Positions 1-10,248 of a stretch of DNA of 35,738 nucleotides are shown here, piece by piece; within the stretch, counting starts at the first letter, position 1, and every line of letters begins with the position of its first letter. The stretch is from a virus (taxonomy: Duplodnaviria > Caudoviricetes). The stretch lies in the IMG/VR virus record IMGVR_UViG_3300034093_001562, positions 1 through 35,738 of that record. The stretch is one strand, 5' to 3'. A model generated the notes under the pieces. It was not told where the DNA came from. It saw only the letters and a program-made list of their open reading frames with translations, and made no database searches. The position numbers were made by a program, and so were the translations under genes.

Positions 1-2
1 TG

Positions 3-872
3 AATCCATTGACTCAACGGGCTCAGGAGATTCCATATTCTGGACAGGGTATGTGGAACGGAGATTGCTGGAAAGCTCTTGTTGAATTCCGTAAAAAACA
101 GTATCTTTTTGATGTGACGGTTGTTGATGTCGATCATGGTTGCGGTATCATTAGCCTCAAGAAAAATCTTACCGATATTGAATTCCTTGAGGTCAAGGAA
201 GAACTCACCTATGAGAACCTTGAGAAGAACCGCAAGAAGTGGTTGAATCTGACCGACCGCTACGCTTGGGCACAAGGCATTAGTTTTGATGAGATGATGA
301 ATGCCTACGTTGGTGATCCAACCAATGAATATAATAACTACGTCCTTGCTCTTTGGTATGACAGTTGCGGCCAGACGGCTTCTGCCATCTCCTATTATAT
401 TCGTGCAGCAGAACGCAGTGACATTCCATTGTATCAATACGAGTGTCTCATTCGTGCAGCACTCTGCTTCCAGCAGCAGGGTACCCGCGGTCTTTCGGTT
501 CGTGGATTGCTGCAACGTGCAATCTCCATTATGCCAAAACGTCCTGAGGCTTATTTCCTCCTAGCTCGTTATCACGAACGCGAAAGCACCGTTGAGAGCT
601 GGGTGAACTGTTATACCTATGCAGCAATGGCGCTTGAGGTCTGTGATTTTAATTGTGGCAATCTCCGTACGTGGGTTGAATATCCTGGTTACTATGGTAT
701 GCTTTTCGAGAAGGCTGTCAGCGCATGGTGGGTTGGCCTCTGTGAAGATTCGAAGAATATGTTCATCAATCTTTATAAGAACTATCCACTCGATGCAACT
801 CATAAAGGTTCCGTTGTTAATAACCTTAAATTCATGAAGGCGCAATCTGTACTTCTACCTTCTGATGTATGA
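3..872 (+). CDS. 5'-truncated protein: C-terminal part of a class I SAM methyltransferase-like domain fused to a TPR-like helical domain
   Basis: The frame is open from position 3 (N-P-L-T-Q...), so the TTG at 9 is probably not the true start. WNGDCWKA and VVDVDHGCGII resemble the end of phage Methyltransf_24-type domains. The helical AISYYIRAAE and RPEAYFLLARYHE segments are TPR-like. The stop overlaps the next start (ATGA, 869-872). Confidence 0.6.
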   Translation, partial: NPLTQRAQEIPYSGQGMWNGDCWKALVEFRKKQYLFDVTVVDVDHGCGIISLKKNLTDIEFLEVKEELTYENLEKNRKKWLNLTDRYAWAQGISFDEMMNAYVGDPTNEYNNYVLALWYDSCGQTASAISYYIRAAERSDIPLYQYECLIRAALCFQQQGTRGLSVRGLLQRAISIMPKRPEAYFLLARYHERESTVESWVNCYTYAAMALEVCDFNCGNLRTWVEYPGYYGMLFEKAVSAWWVGLCEDSKNMFINLYKNYPLDATHKGSVVNNLKFMKAQSVLLPSDV

Positions 873-2416
873 GCAAATTAAATAATTTTCCTCCAGTCTA
901 TTGGCTCACTCTTGCTGATCAACCAGAAAGGCATAAGTGCATTACAGACCAATTTGCAAAGTATGGTATTACGGATCATACTCGCATTAATGGTTTTGAT
1001 GGTCGAGTAACAGATTATCGTAGGAAGGGAGATGTCGTCACTGGCATCTACTTTGACATTATGAAGTCGACAGATATTGCGTGTGCAATGGGTCATCTCG
1101 CAATGATCAAGCAGTGGTATGATACTTCGACGAGTGATGTTGCCATATTCCTGGAAGACGATGTGAACCTTGAGAACTGTGAGAACTGGAGTTTCTCATG
1201 GTCCGAGTTCTTTGCCTCTCTTCCGCCTGATTGGAAAAATGTTCAGCTTGCTCAGATTCGTTCCGATGAAATTAGCGACATTGGCTTTCGTCCACGCATT
1301 GCTTCAGATTGGTGCGTCACTGCATATCTCATTCAACGCTCATATGCAAAACAGTTGATTGATGATTATTTTGTTGATGGTCGTTTCCGTCTTATTGTTC
1401 AGAATGATAAAGAGTGCCAACCAATCGTAGAGAACCTTGTCTATTTCCCAGGAGAACCAAAGTCCTACAGTATCCCACTTTTCACTGAAAAGAATACGTT
1501 CTCTTCAACCTTCTATAGCAATGACACGAAGAAGGTCAAGGAGTACAATGCCCTTTCTGAAAAGTATGTGACAACTTGGTGGCAACAGAATGGTCCCACA
1601 GCATCATTGGAATCCATCATGCATAAACCCGTGCCAATGCCCATGATTCCTATGATTGGAACTGCGGTCGTCACGAATCCAAAATGGGTGAAACGCCTTG
1701 TTGAGAGTGTTGATTTTCCTGTCAAGGAATTCTGCATCATCAACAATAACGGACGCGGAGAGATTGATGCGGAGCTGGATGCTATTGCTGCAACTCCTCA
1801 TCCATATATTCGTAAGATTAAAGTGGTTCATATGCCTGCAAATCTAGGTGTTCCGGGCTCATGGAATCTTATGATCAAGTCGTATCTCAAGGCTCCGTAC
1901 TGGATTATCGTGAATGACGATGTGGCATTTGGTCGCGGCTTCCTTGCTGAAATGTATGCGGCAACAATGCGGGATCCATCACTCGGAATCATTCATGGCT
2001 TTGAAGGCGACCATAATGTCGGTAGCTGGGACCTTTTCCTGCTGCGCGATCATATTGTTGCTGATTATGGTCTTTTTGACGAGAATCTGTATCCCGCGTA
2101 TAATGAGGATGCGGATTACTTCCTGCGGTTCATCCATAGTCCAATCCGTAAGATGATGAATCTACGTAGTGATTACTATCATGGAGAGGGCAAGAAGAAT
2201 GAATATCATACCCATGGAAGCCAGACAAGTAAGAGCGATCCAGTGCTCAAGGAGAAACTAGACCGCGTAAACCTCATGAATATGGACTACATGACTCATA
2301 AATGGGGTAAGGAATGGAGATGGTGTTCTCCGAGCAAGCTTCCATTCGAGAATCGGCCGATTAGCTATACTTCCTACGACCTTCGGTTCATTCGCCAAAA
2401 GTACCTGGGCTTTTAA
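869..2416 (+). CDS. Two-domain glycosyltransferase (GT25-like N-terminal domain + GT2/GT-A-like C-terminal domain)
   Basis: N-half: VYWLTL..QPER, RINGFDG, IACAMGHLAMIK, IFLEDDV and TAYLI..YAKQL follow the GT25 (LgtB/Lic2A) pattern. C-half: CIINNNG, NLGVPGSWN, WIIVNDDV (DxD-type) and FDENLYPAYNEDADY follow the GT-A pattern. Confidence 0.8.
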   Translation: MSKLNNFPPVYWLTLADQPERHKCITDQFAKYGITDHTRINGFDGRVTDYRRKGDVVTGIYFDIMKSTDIACAMGHLAMIKQWYDTSTSDVAIFLEDDVNLENCENWSFSWSEFFASLPPDWKNVQLAQIRSDEISDIGFRPRIASDWCVTAYLIQRSYAKQLIDDYFVDGRFRLIVQNDKECQPIVENLVYFPGEPKSYSIPLFTEKNTFSSTFYSNDTKKVKEYNALSEKYVTTWWQQNGPTASLESIMHKPVPMPMIPMIGTAVVTNPKWVKRLVESVDFPVKEFCIINNNGRGEIDAELDAIAATPHPYIRKIKVVHMPANLGVPGSWNLMIKSYLKAPYWIIVNDDVAFGRGFLAEMYAATMRDPSLGIIHGFEGDHNVGSWDLFLLRDHIVADYGLFDENLYPAYNEDADYFLRFIHSPIRKMMNLRSDYYHGEGKKNEYHTHGSQTSKSDPVLKEKLDRVNLMNMDYMTHKWGKEWRWCSPSKLPFENRPISYTSYDLRFIRQKYLGF

Positions 2417-2435
2417 AACATCATGATTTAAAGTG

Positions 2436-2443
2436 TATAAATA
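2436..2443 (+). promoter_or_regulatory. T4-type late promoter TATAAATA
   Basis: Exact gp55 consensus in the intergenic gap, 39 nt before the ATG at 2483. Confidence 0.8.
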
Positions 2444-2482
2444 GACATCAACGTCAGTTTCTGTGGAAAATGAAACAGAATT

Positions 2483-5400
2483 ATGTCTATCGATAAAAAC
2501 TTTAAAGTCAAAAACGGCCTCGATGTGGCCGGCAACTCAACCGTAACTGGAACACTCACTGTTCAGGGTGTTCAAAGTACTCAGGGGCTTACGCGCTTTT
2601 TAGTATCCGATACGGATGGCAAATTCTATTATCAGACTGGCGGAACTCAAGGTACGCAAGGCCTTCAAGGAATCCAAGGCATTCAAGGCATTCAGGGAAT
2701 TCAAGGTCGTCAAGGTATTCAGGGAACTCAAGGTACGCAGGGAGAACAAGGAATCCAGGGTATCCAGGGTATCCAAGGAACTGGGTTTACTTTTCGCGGA
2801 GCTTACAATAACGGAGCGCAGTATTATGTAAACCATATTGTTACCTTTGAAGGTTCTACATGGATTTGTATTCAGACAATTGACGGCGTTGCACCCGCTG
2901 AAAATACATGGTGGACATTATTTGCTGCACAAGGTGTGCAGGGTATCCAAGGCTCCCAAGGAACACAAGGTATTCAAGGTATTACGGGCATTCAAGGTGC
3001 TCAAGGCCTTCAAGGTATTCAAGGATTCAAGGGAACAGAAATTTCGATTGGCGAAACTGCTCCAGCTTATCCAGAACTAAACGATCTTTGGTGGAATTCT
3101 CTGACGGGTGTGCTCATGATTTATTATGATGATGGCGACACCGCGCAATGGGTCTCTGCGACTGCTGGTATTGTTGGTGCACAAGGTATTCAAGGTGTCC
3201 AGGGTCGTCAAGGCGTACAAGGTGTTCAAGGCATTCAGGGTATTCAAGGAACAACTGGTCTTGCTTTCACAATTGCAAAAACTTATCTTTCCGTTGCGGC
3301 ATTAACTGCGGACACATCTCCTACTAGTATTACTGCGGGACAGTTTGCATTAATTAATACTGCAGATGTTGAGGATGCGGATAATTCTAAATTATATCTC
3401 TGGAATGGAGCTACATATATTTTTCAAAATGACCTTTCGGGTACCGCAGGTATTCAAGGTGTCACGGGTTCACAAGGCACCCAGGGTATCCAAGGCATTC
3501 AGGGTATTGAAGGAATGCAGGGCACTCAAGGTGCACAAGGGCTTCGAGGTTCTCAAGGTGCCCAAGGAATTCAAGGAATTCAAGGAACTGATGGTACACA
3601 AGGTACGCAAGGTGCACAGGGTCTTCAAGGTGCTCAAGGACTTCAAGGCGAACAAGGTATCCAGGGCATTCAGGGCGTGCAAGGTATTCAAGGTGCACAA
3701 GGCAGACAAGGAACCCAAGGTACACAGGGTATTCAAGGTCTTCAAGGAATTCAGGGTATTCAAGGTGCACAAGGAACTCAGGGTGCGCAGGGTATTCAAG
3801 GTACAACTGGTCTTGCTTTTACAATTGCAAAAACTTATCTTTCCGTTGCGGCTCTTGTTGCGGACACGGCGCCAACTGGAATTATTTCAGGTCAATTTGC
3901 ATTAATTAATACAACAAATGTAGAAGATGCAGATAATTCTAAGTTGTATATTTGGAATGGATCAAGCTACATTTTCGTTGATGACCTTTCTGGTTCTGCT
4001 GGTATTCAAGGTATCACAGGTTCACAAGGAACTCAGGGCACGCAGGGAATTCAAGGCATTCAAGGTGCTCAAGGCACTCAAGGTCTTCAAGGTCTTCAGG
4101 GAGTGCAAGGTACTCAAGGCGCATTAGGTGTACAAGGAACACAAGGAACTCAGGGTACGCAAGGCGTTCAAGGTATTCAAGGACGGCAAGGTACGCAAGG
4201 CGTTCAAGGCATTCAGGGTATTCAAGGTGCTCAAGGCACTCAAGGACAACAAGGAATCCAGGGTACGCAAGGTACACAAGGCATTCAAGGAATTCAAGGT
4301 TCACAAGGAACTCAAGGTCAACAAGGCATTCAAGGAATTCAAGGTACGCAAGGAACCCAGGGAACGCAAGGAACTCTGGGTACTCAAGGTATTACCGGCA
4401 CAACGGGGTCTCAGGGTACAATTGGCGCAAGTGTAACTGGTGCTCAAGGAACCGTGGGTGCTCAAGGCGCTGGCGGTTTAACGACAACTGATGCAACAAC
4501 ATTAAACGGAATTTCCTCTGTGAATCTGTTTAATAACATGGGACAGGGCCACGGTACACGAGCTTCTTTTGACGCATCAACGCCTTCTTATGGTTTTGGA
4601 TTTAGGTTTGTTCAGGGAACTGGGAATGGTCCAGCAGCTGGCGGCGGTGGCCAATTTTATTCTTGGTATCAAGGACTCGGCTCTGAATACCCTGCAACTG
4701 GTGCTGGTTCTTATGGAATGCATATCGCTATTCCAAGAAATCCCACTACGCCATACATGAGCGTAAGATATAATGAAGGTAATAGTTTAGGTTCTTGGTC
4801 AAAGATTGCTTCTGGTTATGCTGATAGTGCTGGTAGCGCTGGTTCTTGCTCTGGTAATTCGGCAACTGCTACGACTGCTACGACTGCGGGTTCTTGCTCT
4901 GGTAATTCGGCAACTGCTACGACTCTTTCTGGAGATTCTAGTAATTGGGCATCGCTTCGCACCAGTGCTGTTGCAAATATGCTCAGTTGGAAAAATTATG
5001 GCAATAGCCATGTTCTTTTTGATGCTTCAAATAGTACGGCTCCAAATGGTGCTAGCGTGAATAATACAAATTCGGCTAATGCATGGACTGGAACTTATCC
5101 AACAATCATGGGTTGGAATGGCAGTAGTACATATGGTGTTCGAGTAGATTCTGCCCGTATATCCGATAGTACAAGTGGAGCGTCTACATCTTGCTCTGGT
5201 AATTCTGCCACAACTTCTCAGCGCACTTTCAGTAATTTAAAAACAGATGGTACTAGTTACGGCAGTTATGGATCCATTAACATTACTGGTTCAACTAATA
5301 CGTGGGCAGGAATTACTTTTAGTGAAGCCTCAGCATGTTTCATGGTTCGCCCTTCCGACGCATACGTGGGGTGGTACAAAAATAATAGTACCTGGATTTG

Positions 5401-5788
5401 GCAACATGATACTACTAACTTTAATGTTGCTGGTGGTATTATTGCTACTGGAAACGTAACTGCATATTCTGATTTAAAACTTAAACAAAATATTGTGACC
5501 ATTGATTCAGCGCTTGAAAAAGTTCTGGATCTACGTGGAGTATATTATACGCGAAAAGACGATGATAAACACATTCGTAAAATTGGTGTCATTGCTCAGG
5601 AGGTTAAAGAAATTGTACCTGAAATAGTCATCACTCATTTTGATCATAATCTTGATGGCACATTAAAAGATGAAACCCTTACTGTTGATTACGGTAACAT
5701 TACTGCTCTCCTCATTGAGGCAATTAAAGATCAGCAAAAACAAATTGAAGAATTAAAATTACTCGTTCAATCTATTTCGCGTAAATAA
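2483..5788 (+). CDS. Collagen-like tail fibre protein with C-terminal peptidase S74 intramolecular chaperone
   Basis: Gly-X-Gln runs interrupted by globular modules, GNSATAT fibre repeats, then YSDLKLKQNI...IGVIAQEV...VDYGNITALLIEAIKDQQKQIEELK (S74 chaperone plus coiled coil). Confidence 0.85.
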   Translation: MSIDKNFKVKNGLDVAGNSTVTGTLTVQGVQSTQGLTRFLVSDTDGKFYYQTGGTQGTQGLQGIQGIQGIQGIQGRQGIQGTQGTQGEQGIQGIQGIQGTGFTFRGAYNNGAQYYVNHIVTFEGSTWICIQTIDGVAPAENTWWTLFAAQGVQGIQGSQGTQGIQGITGIQGAQGLQGIQGFKGTEISIGETAPAYPELNDLWWNSLTGVLMIYYDDGDTAQWVSATAGIVGAQGIQGVQGRQGVQGVQGIQGIQGTTGLAFTIAKTYLSVAALTADTSPTSITAGQFALINTADVEDADNSKLYLWNGATYIFQNDLSGTAGIQGVTGSQGTQGIQGIQGIEGMQGTQGAQGLRGSQGAQGIQGIQGTDGTQGTQGAQGLQGAQGLQGEQGIQGIQGVQGIQGAQGRQGTQGTQGIQGLQGIQGIQGAQGTQGAQGIQGTTGLAFTIAKTYLSVAALVADTAPTGIISGQFALINTTNVEDADNSKLYIWNGSSYIFVDDLSGSAGIQGITGSQGTQGTQGIQGIQGAQGTQGLQGLQGVQGTQGALGVQGTQGTQGTQGVQGIQGRQGTQGVQGIQGIQGAQGTQGQQGIQGTQGTQGIQGIQGSQGTQGQQGIQGIQGTQGTQGTQGTLGTQGITGTTGSQGTIGASVTGAQGTVGAQGAGGLTTTDATTLNGISSVNLFNNMGQGHGTRASFDASTPSYGFGFRFVQGTGNGPAAGGGGQFYSWYQGLGSEYPATGAGSYGMHIAIPRNPTTPYMSVRYNEGNSLGSWSKIASGYADSAGSAGSCSGNSATATTATTAGSCSGNSATATTLSGDSSNWASLRTSAVANMLSWKNYGNSHVLFDASNSTAPNGASVNNTNSANAWTGTYPTIMGWNGSSTYGVRVDSARISDSTSGASTSCSGNSATTSQRTFSNLKTDGTSYGSYGSINITGSTNTWAGITFSEASACFMVRPSDAYVGWYKNNSTWIWQHDTTNFNVAGGIIATGNVTAYSDLKLKQNIVTIDSALEKVLDLRGVYYTRKDDDKHIRKIGVIAQEVKEIVPEIVITHFDHNLDGTLKDETLTVDYGNITALLIEAIKDQQKQIEELKLLVQSISRK
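4841..4924 (+). repeat. Exact 36-bp direct repeat (GSCSGNSATATT) in fibre gene
   Basis: ggttcttgctctggtaattcggcaactgctacgact at 4841-4876 and 4889-4924, with a third partial copy near 5190. Confidence 0.85.
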
Positions 5789-5795
5789 TAGTGTC

Positions 5796-6740
5796 ATGGC
5801 ACTCCCGAATAATACGACTATTAGTTTAAGTCAGGTTAATACCGAACTAGGGTTAACTTCAACTGCAACAATTTCGCTGGATCAAGCTGCAGTTCGTGCA
5901 TTGTTTGGTAAATCATCAGGAACTATTTCTATGTCAGATGGATGGGGTAAATCGAACTATACTCCAGGAAGTCAATTCTTTACAAGCTCAGGAACGTTTA
6001 ATGTTCCTTCATATGTTTCATCCGTCACGATTGCAGTTGTTGGAAGTGGCGGTGGTGGCGGTTCGCATATTGGTGGTGGAGGTGGTGGAGGCGGTATTGT
6101 ATATGGAACTGTTGGCGTTACACCAAGTAGCGCTATAAGCATTTCTATTGGTGGTGGTGGCGGTGGTGGTTACGGCGGAGGAAACGGTAATTCAAACTCT
6201 GGCGGAAACGGTAGTAATGTTTCATTTGGAGGATATATTGCCTATGGTGGCGGTGGAGGCGGTGGAACTTATGCTGGCGGAAATAGTACTTCGGGCTGTG
6301 GAGGTGGCGGTGGTGGCGTAAATCAATCTGGTGGATCAGGATCACAAGGATATGGTGGTGGTAATTATTCTGGCGGACCATGGCGCGCAGGAGGCGGTGG
6401 CGGAGTTACTACCGCGGGTGGCAATGGTGATCAAAATGGATATTACGGCGCAGGAAATGGTGGCGATGGTAATCGTTGGATGGGTCACAGCGGCGGAGCT
6501 GGTGGAGGTGGTGGTTCAGATTTAAATACTGGCACATATCTAGGATACGTTTCTCAGGGGGGCGGGGGTGGCGGTGCCGCGGGTGGCGGCGGACGTGGAG
6601 GCGGTCACAATGCAAACGATTCTACAGATTATCCTGGTGAAGCTGGTCTTGATGGATGGGGAAGTGGCGGCGGAGGTGGAGGTGGCGGTTGGTGTTCCGG
6701 CGGAAACGGTGGATCTGGTTGGGTAATGATTTCATGGTAA
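5796..6740 (+). CDS. Glycine-rich fibre-tip adhesin (gp38-like architecture)
   Basis: Short N-terminal helical cap (MALPNNTTISLSQVNTELG...), then FTSSGTFNVP..V.IAVVGSGGGGG and many polyglycine tracts with aromatic loops, ending GGSGWVMISW. Lies directly after an S74-chaperoned fibre. Confidence 0.7.
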   Translation: MALPNNTTISLSQVNTELGLTSTATISLDQAAVRALFGKSSGTISMSDGWGKSNYTPGSQFFTSSGTFNVPSYVSSVTIAVVGSGGGGGSHIGGGGGGGGIVYGTVGVTPSSAISISIGGGGGGGYGGGNGNSNSGGNGSNVSFGGYIAYGGGGGGGTYAGGNSTSGCGGGGGGVNQSGGSGSQGYGGGNYSGGPWRAGGGGGVTTAGGNGDQNGYYGAGNGGDGNRWMGHSGGAGGGGGSDLNTGTYLGYVSQGGGGGGAAGGGGRGGGHNANDSTDYPGEAGLDGWGSGGGGGGGGWCSGGNGGSGWVMISW

Positions 6741-6747
6741 TAATTTT

Positions 6748-7119
6748 ATGGCACACTTTGCACAAATAGATTCTAACAATAAGGTTACTCAGGTCATTAA
6801 AGTTGATAACGCTCAAGAAAATGAAGCACTCAATTTTATTACGACACAACTTGGATTAGAAGGTACGTGGATTCAAACATCGTATAACACACTAGCTGGA
6901 AAACATATGAAGAATGGTACTCCACTTCGTAAAAATTACGCTCTTATTGGATCAACGTACGATGCAGGAAGAGATGCATTTATTCCGCCTAAATTATTTC
7001 CAAGTTGGATTTTAAATGAAGAAACATGTAACTGGATGCCACCTATTCCTTTACCTCGTGGAACCGATAAACGATATAAATGGGATGAGTCCATCGTTAA
7101 TTGGGTTGAAATAACTTAA
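6748..7119 (+). CDS. Small fibre-associated protein (possible assembly chaperone)
   Basis: MAHFAQID..., WIQTSYNT, LRKNYA.IG..YD..RDAFIPPK.FPSW.LNE.TC.W.PP, a type I recognise as commonly following Gly-rich fibre genes. Function is inferred from position. Confidence 0.6.
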   Translation: MAHFAQIDSNNKVTQVIKVDNAQENEALNFITTQLGLEGTWIQTSYNTLAGKHMKNGTPLRKNYALIGSTYDAGRDAFIPPKLFPSWILNEETCNWMPPIPLPRGTDKRYKWDESIVNWVEIT

Positions 7120-7182
7120 ACATCCCAACAAAACCATTTTGATAAATAGTCAAACGTTCGAATAATACTCGAAGTGTTTTTA

Positions 7183-7190
7183 TATAAATA
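7183..7190 (+). promoter_or_regulatory. T4-type late promoter TATAAATA
   Basis: Exact consensus in the 7120-7273 intergenic region. A variant GATAAATA lies at 7141-7148. Confidence 0.75.
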
Positions 7191-7273
7191 GTTAAATCTA
7201 TTTGATAGACCTTGGATCACTTTCATTAAAAAACCGCAGATTCCCCTACCTTTAAACCGCAGAATTACCTAAT

Positions 7274-10234
7274 ATGGCAGCTCTAAATTTTCCCGCATCA
7301 CCATCAGTCAATCAAGTTTATACTTCTAATGGAAGTAGCTGGTCCTGGACCGGAGATTATTGGCAGACAGTTAACCAAGGTGTCCAAGGTGTTCAGGGTG
7401 TCCAAGGTACCCAAGGTCTTCAGGGTGCCGATGCCGCACAGGGTACGCAAGGTACTCAGGGTCGTCAAGGTATCCAAGGCATTCAGGGAACCCAAGGTGC
7501 TCAAGGTACCACGGGTATGGCGTTCATTGTTGCACGTACATACGCAACAGTTGCCGCACTTCTTGCTGATACAACTCCTGCTAATATCATTGCGGGTCAA
7601 TTTGCTCTCATCAATACAAATGATGTAGAAGATCCGGACAATTCAAAACTTTATCTGTGGGATGGATCCACATACATTTTCACAAATGACCTTTCGGGTA
7701 CCGCTGGTATCCAAGGCACACAAGGAACGCAAGGCGTTCAAGGCACACAGGGAACCCAGGGTACGCAAGGAACGCAAGGAACTCAGGGTACACAAGGTCT
7801 TCAAGGTACGCAAGGCACCCAAGGTGTTCAAGGTATCCAAGGAACACAAGGAACCCAGGGTACGCAAGGTACTCAAGGCATTCAGGGCATCCAAGGAACA
7901 CAGGGCACGCAAGGTGCACAAGGTCTTCAAGGTACGCAAGGCACGCAGGGTATCCAAGGTATCCAAGGCACGCAAGGTACACAAGGAGCTCAAGGCACCC
8001 AAGGTGAACAAGGCATTCAAGGCATTCAGGGTACGCAAGGTACTCAAGGCATCCAAGGTATCCAAGGAACTCAGGGCACTCAAGGTATCCAGGGTATTCA
8101 AGGCGTCCAAGGAACACAAGGTATCCAAGGAACTCAGGGCACTCAAGGTGAACAAGGTATCCAAGGCATTCAGGGCATCCAAGGCGTACAAGGAACTCAA
8201 GGTACGCAAGGTCTTCAAGGTACGCAGGGCATCCAAGGTACTCAAGGAACACAAGGTATTCAAGGTGAACAAGGCATTCAAGGTATCCAAGGTATCCAGG
8301 GCATCCAGGGTATCCAAGGAACTCAGGGCACTCAAGGTATCCAAGGCATTCAAGGAACTCAAGGTACGCAAGGTCAACAAGGTATCCAAGGTGAACAAGG
8401 CATTCAAGGTATCCAAGGTATTCAAGGAACGCAAGGTACACAGGGTATCCAAGGTATTCAAGGTACAACAGGTCTCGCCTTCACGATTGCAAAGACCTAC
8501 CTCTCTGTTGCTGCATTAACTGCAGACACTTCACCAACAAGTATCATTGCGGGTCAATTTGCTCTCATCAATACAAATGATGTAGAAGATCCTGAAAATT
8601 CTCGCTTGTACATCTGGACAGGATCCACATATACATTTGTTGACGATCTTTCTGGTACCGCAGGTATTCAAGGTATCCAAGGAACACAAGGCACACAGGG
8701 TATTCAAGGTGTACAAGGAACTCAGGGAACACAAGGTATCCAAGGAGCGCAAGGCACGCAGGGTACACAAGGTATTCAAGGTATCCAAGGCACGCAAGGT
8801 ACACAAGGCTTGCAAGGCACTCAGGGTACTCAAGGTATCCAAGGCACGCAAGGAACTCAGGGAACACAAGGTACTCAAGGCACCCAAGGTGAACAAGGCA
8901 TCCAAGGTATCCAGGGCATCCAGGGTATCCAAGGAACGCAAGGAACTCAGGGCATTCAAGGTATCCAGGGCATCCAGGGTATCCAAGGAACACAAGGTAC
9001 TCAAGGTATTCAAGGTGAACAGGGTATCCAAGGAATTCAAGGTATCCAGGGCGTTCAAGGAACTCAGGGTACACAAGGAACTCAGGGCTTGCAAGGTACA
9101 CAAGGTACACAAGGCATCCAAGGTGAACAAGGTATTCAAGGAACCCAAGGTACTCAAGGTATCCAGGGCATTCAAGGAACTCAGGGCACTCAAGGTGAAC
9201 AAGGTATTCAAGGAACTCAGGGCATTCAAGGCATTCAGGGTATCCAAGGAACTCAAGGTACTCAAGGCCAACAAGGCATCCAGGGTATTCAAGGCATCCA
9301 AGGAACACAAGGTACTCAAGGTATCCAAGGTCTCAAGGGTACGCGCATTGTTTCTTCTTCGAATCCTCCAGCATCTGCAGAAATTGACGATCTATGGTGG
9401 AATGCAGATCTCGGTATCTTGATGATCTATTACTACGATGGTGATTCATACCAATGGGTTACGACATCATCGGGTATTGTAGGACCACAAGGTTCACAAG
9501 GTACTCAGGGCATCCAAGGTATTCAAGGTATCCAGGGCATCCAGGGTATTCAAGGTACTGCAGGTATTGCTTTCACGATTGCAAAAACATACCTCTCCGT
9601 TGCAGCTCTTGTTGCTGATACTGCTCCTACTTCAATTGTAGCAGGACAATTTGCTCTCATCAATACTACAAATGTTCAAGATGCAGACAATTCTAAATTG
9701 TATATCTGGGATGGAACGCAATATATTTTTGTTGACGATCTTTCCGGAGCTGCAGGTATCCAAGGTATTACTGGTGCACAAGGTACGCAAGGTATCCAAG
9801 GCATTCAGGGTATCCAAGGCATCCAAGGAACGCTAGGTACTCAAGGTGCTGCTGGATTCGTGGGTTCTAATGGAACTCAAGGTACTCAAGGTACTCAGGG
9901 TACACAAGGATTGCAAGGAACATCAGGAGCAAATAATCTTCCTGCAAATGCTCAAAGCACAAGTTATGCCCTCGTGATCGGCGATGTTGGTAAATACATC
10001 AACATTACTACGGGCGGTGTCACGGTTCCTGCAGGAGTCTTCGCTTCGGGTGACGTTGTATCGATCTTTAATAACTCCACCTCGAATCAAACAATTACTC
10101 AAGGTTCAACAGTTACAATGTATCTTGCTGGATCTGCTACAACTGGAAATAGAACATTGTCACAGTACGGTCTCACAACTGTACTCTGCGTTGGATCAAA
10201 TACATTCGTAATCTCTGGTGCTGGTCTCACATAA
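7274..10234 (+). CDS. Very long collagen-like fibre protein with C-terminal beta-rich adaptor domain
   Basis: N-terminal FP.SP module, three 64-aa modules, one DLWW module, Gly-X-Gln runs of about 85 and 75 triplets, and a ~100-aa C-terminal domain ending FVISGAGLT. Confidence 0.85.
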   Translation: MAALNFPASPSVNQVYTSNGSSWSWTGDYWQTVNQGVQGVQGVQGTQGLQGADAAQGTQGTQGRQGIQGIQGTQGAQGTTGMAFIVARTYATVAALLADTTPANIIAGQFALINTNDVEDPDNSKLYLWDGSTYIFTNDLSGTAGIQGTQGTQGVQGTQGTQGTQGTQGTQGTQGLQGTQGTQGVQGIQGTQGTQGTQGTQGIQGIQGTQGTQGAQGLQGTQGTQGIQGIQGTQGTQGAQGTQGEQGIQGIQGTQGTQGIQGIQGTQGTQGIQGIQGVQGTQGIQGTQGTQGEQGIQGIQGIQGVQGTQGTQGLQGTQGIQGTQGTQGIQGEQGIQGIQGIQGIQGIQGTQGTQGIQGIQGTQGTQGQQGIQGEQGIQGIQGIQGTQGTQGIQGIQGTTGLAFTIAKTYLSVAALTADTSPTSIIAGQFALINTNDVEDPENSRLYIWTGSTYTFVDDLSGTAGIQGIQGTQGTQGIQGVQGTQGTQGIQGAQGTQGTQGIQGIQGTQGTQGLQGTQGTQGIQGTQGTQGTQGTQGTQGEQGIQGIQGIQGIQGTQGTQGIQGIQGIQGIQGTQGTQGIQGEQGIQGIQGIQGVQGTQGTQGTQGLQGTQGTQGIQGEQGIQGTQGTQGIQGIQGTQGTQGEQGIQGTQGIQGIQGIQGTQGTQGQQGIQGIQGIQGTQGTQGIQGLKGTRIVSSSNPPASAEIDDLWWNADLGILMIYYYDGDSYQWVTTSSGIVGPQGSQGTQGIQGIQGIQGIQGIQGTAGIAFTIAKTYLSVAALVADTAPTSIVAGQFALINTTNVQDADNSKLYIWDGTQYIFVDDLSGAAGIQGITGAQGTQGIQGIQGIQGIQGTLGTQGAAGFVGSNGTQGTQGTQGTQGLQGTSGANNLPANAQSTSYALVIGDVGKYINITTGGVTVPAGVFASGDVVSIFNNSTSNQTITQGSTVTMYLAGSATTGNRTLSQYGLTTVLCVGSNTFVISGAGLT
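7706..9337 (+). repeat. 9-bp period collagen-coding repeat (GGN-NNN-CAR) in two long blocks
   Basis: 7706-8470 (~85 triplets) and 8663-9337 (~75 triplets), separated by one 192-bp module. Confidence 0.95.
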
Positions 10235-10248
10235 TTCTAATATAACAT

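Noticed and set aside
7643-9422. Long alternative-frame and antisense ORFs (up to 285 aa; KVFKV.., LEYL.., TLDTL..) over the collagen blocks, and similar ones in the other collagen genes
   Set aside because: They are shadows of the 9-bp GGN-NNN-CAR periodicity, which lacks stops in several frames. They begin and end with the repeats and have no promoter or start context.
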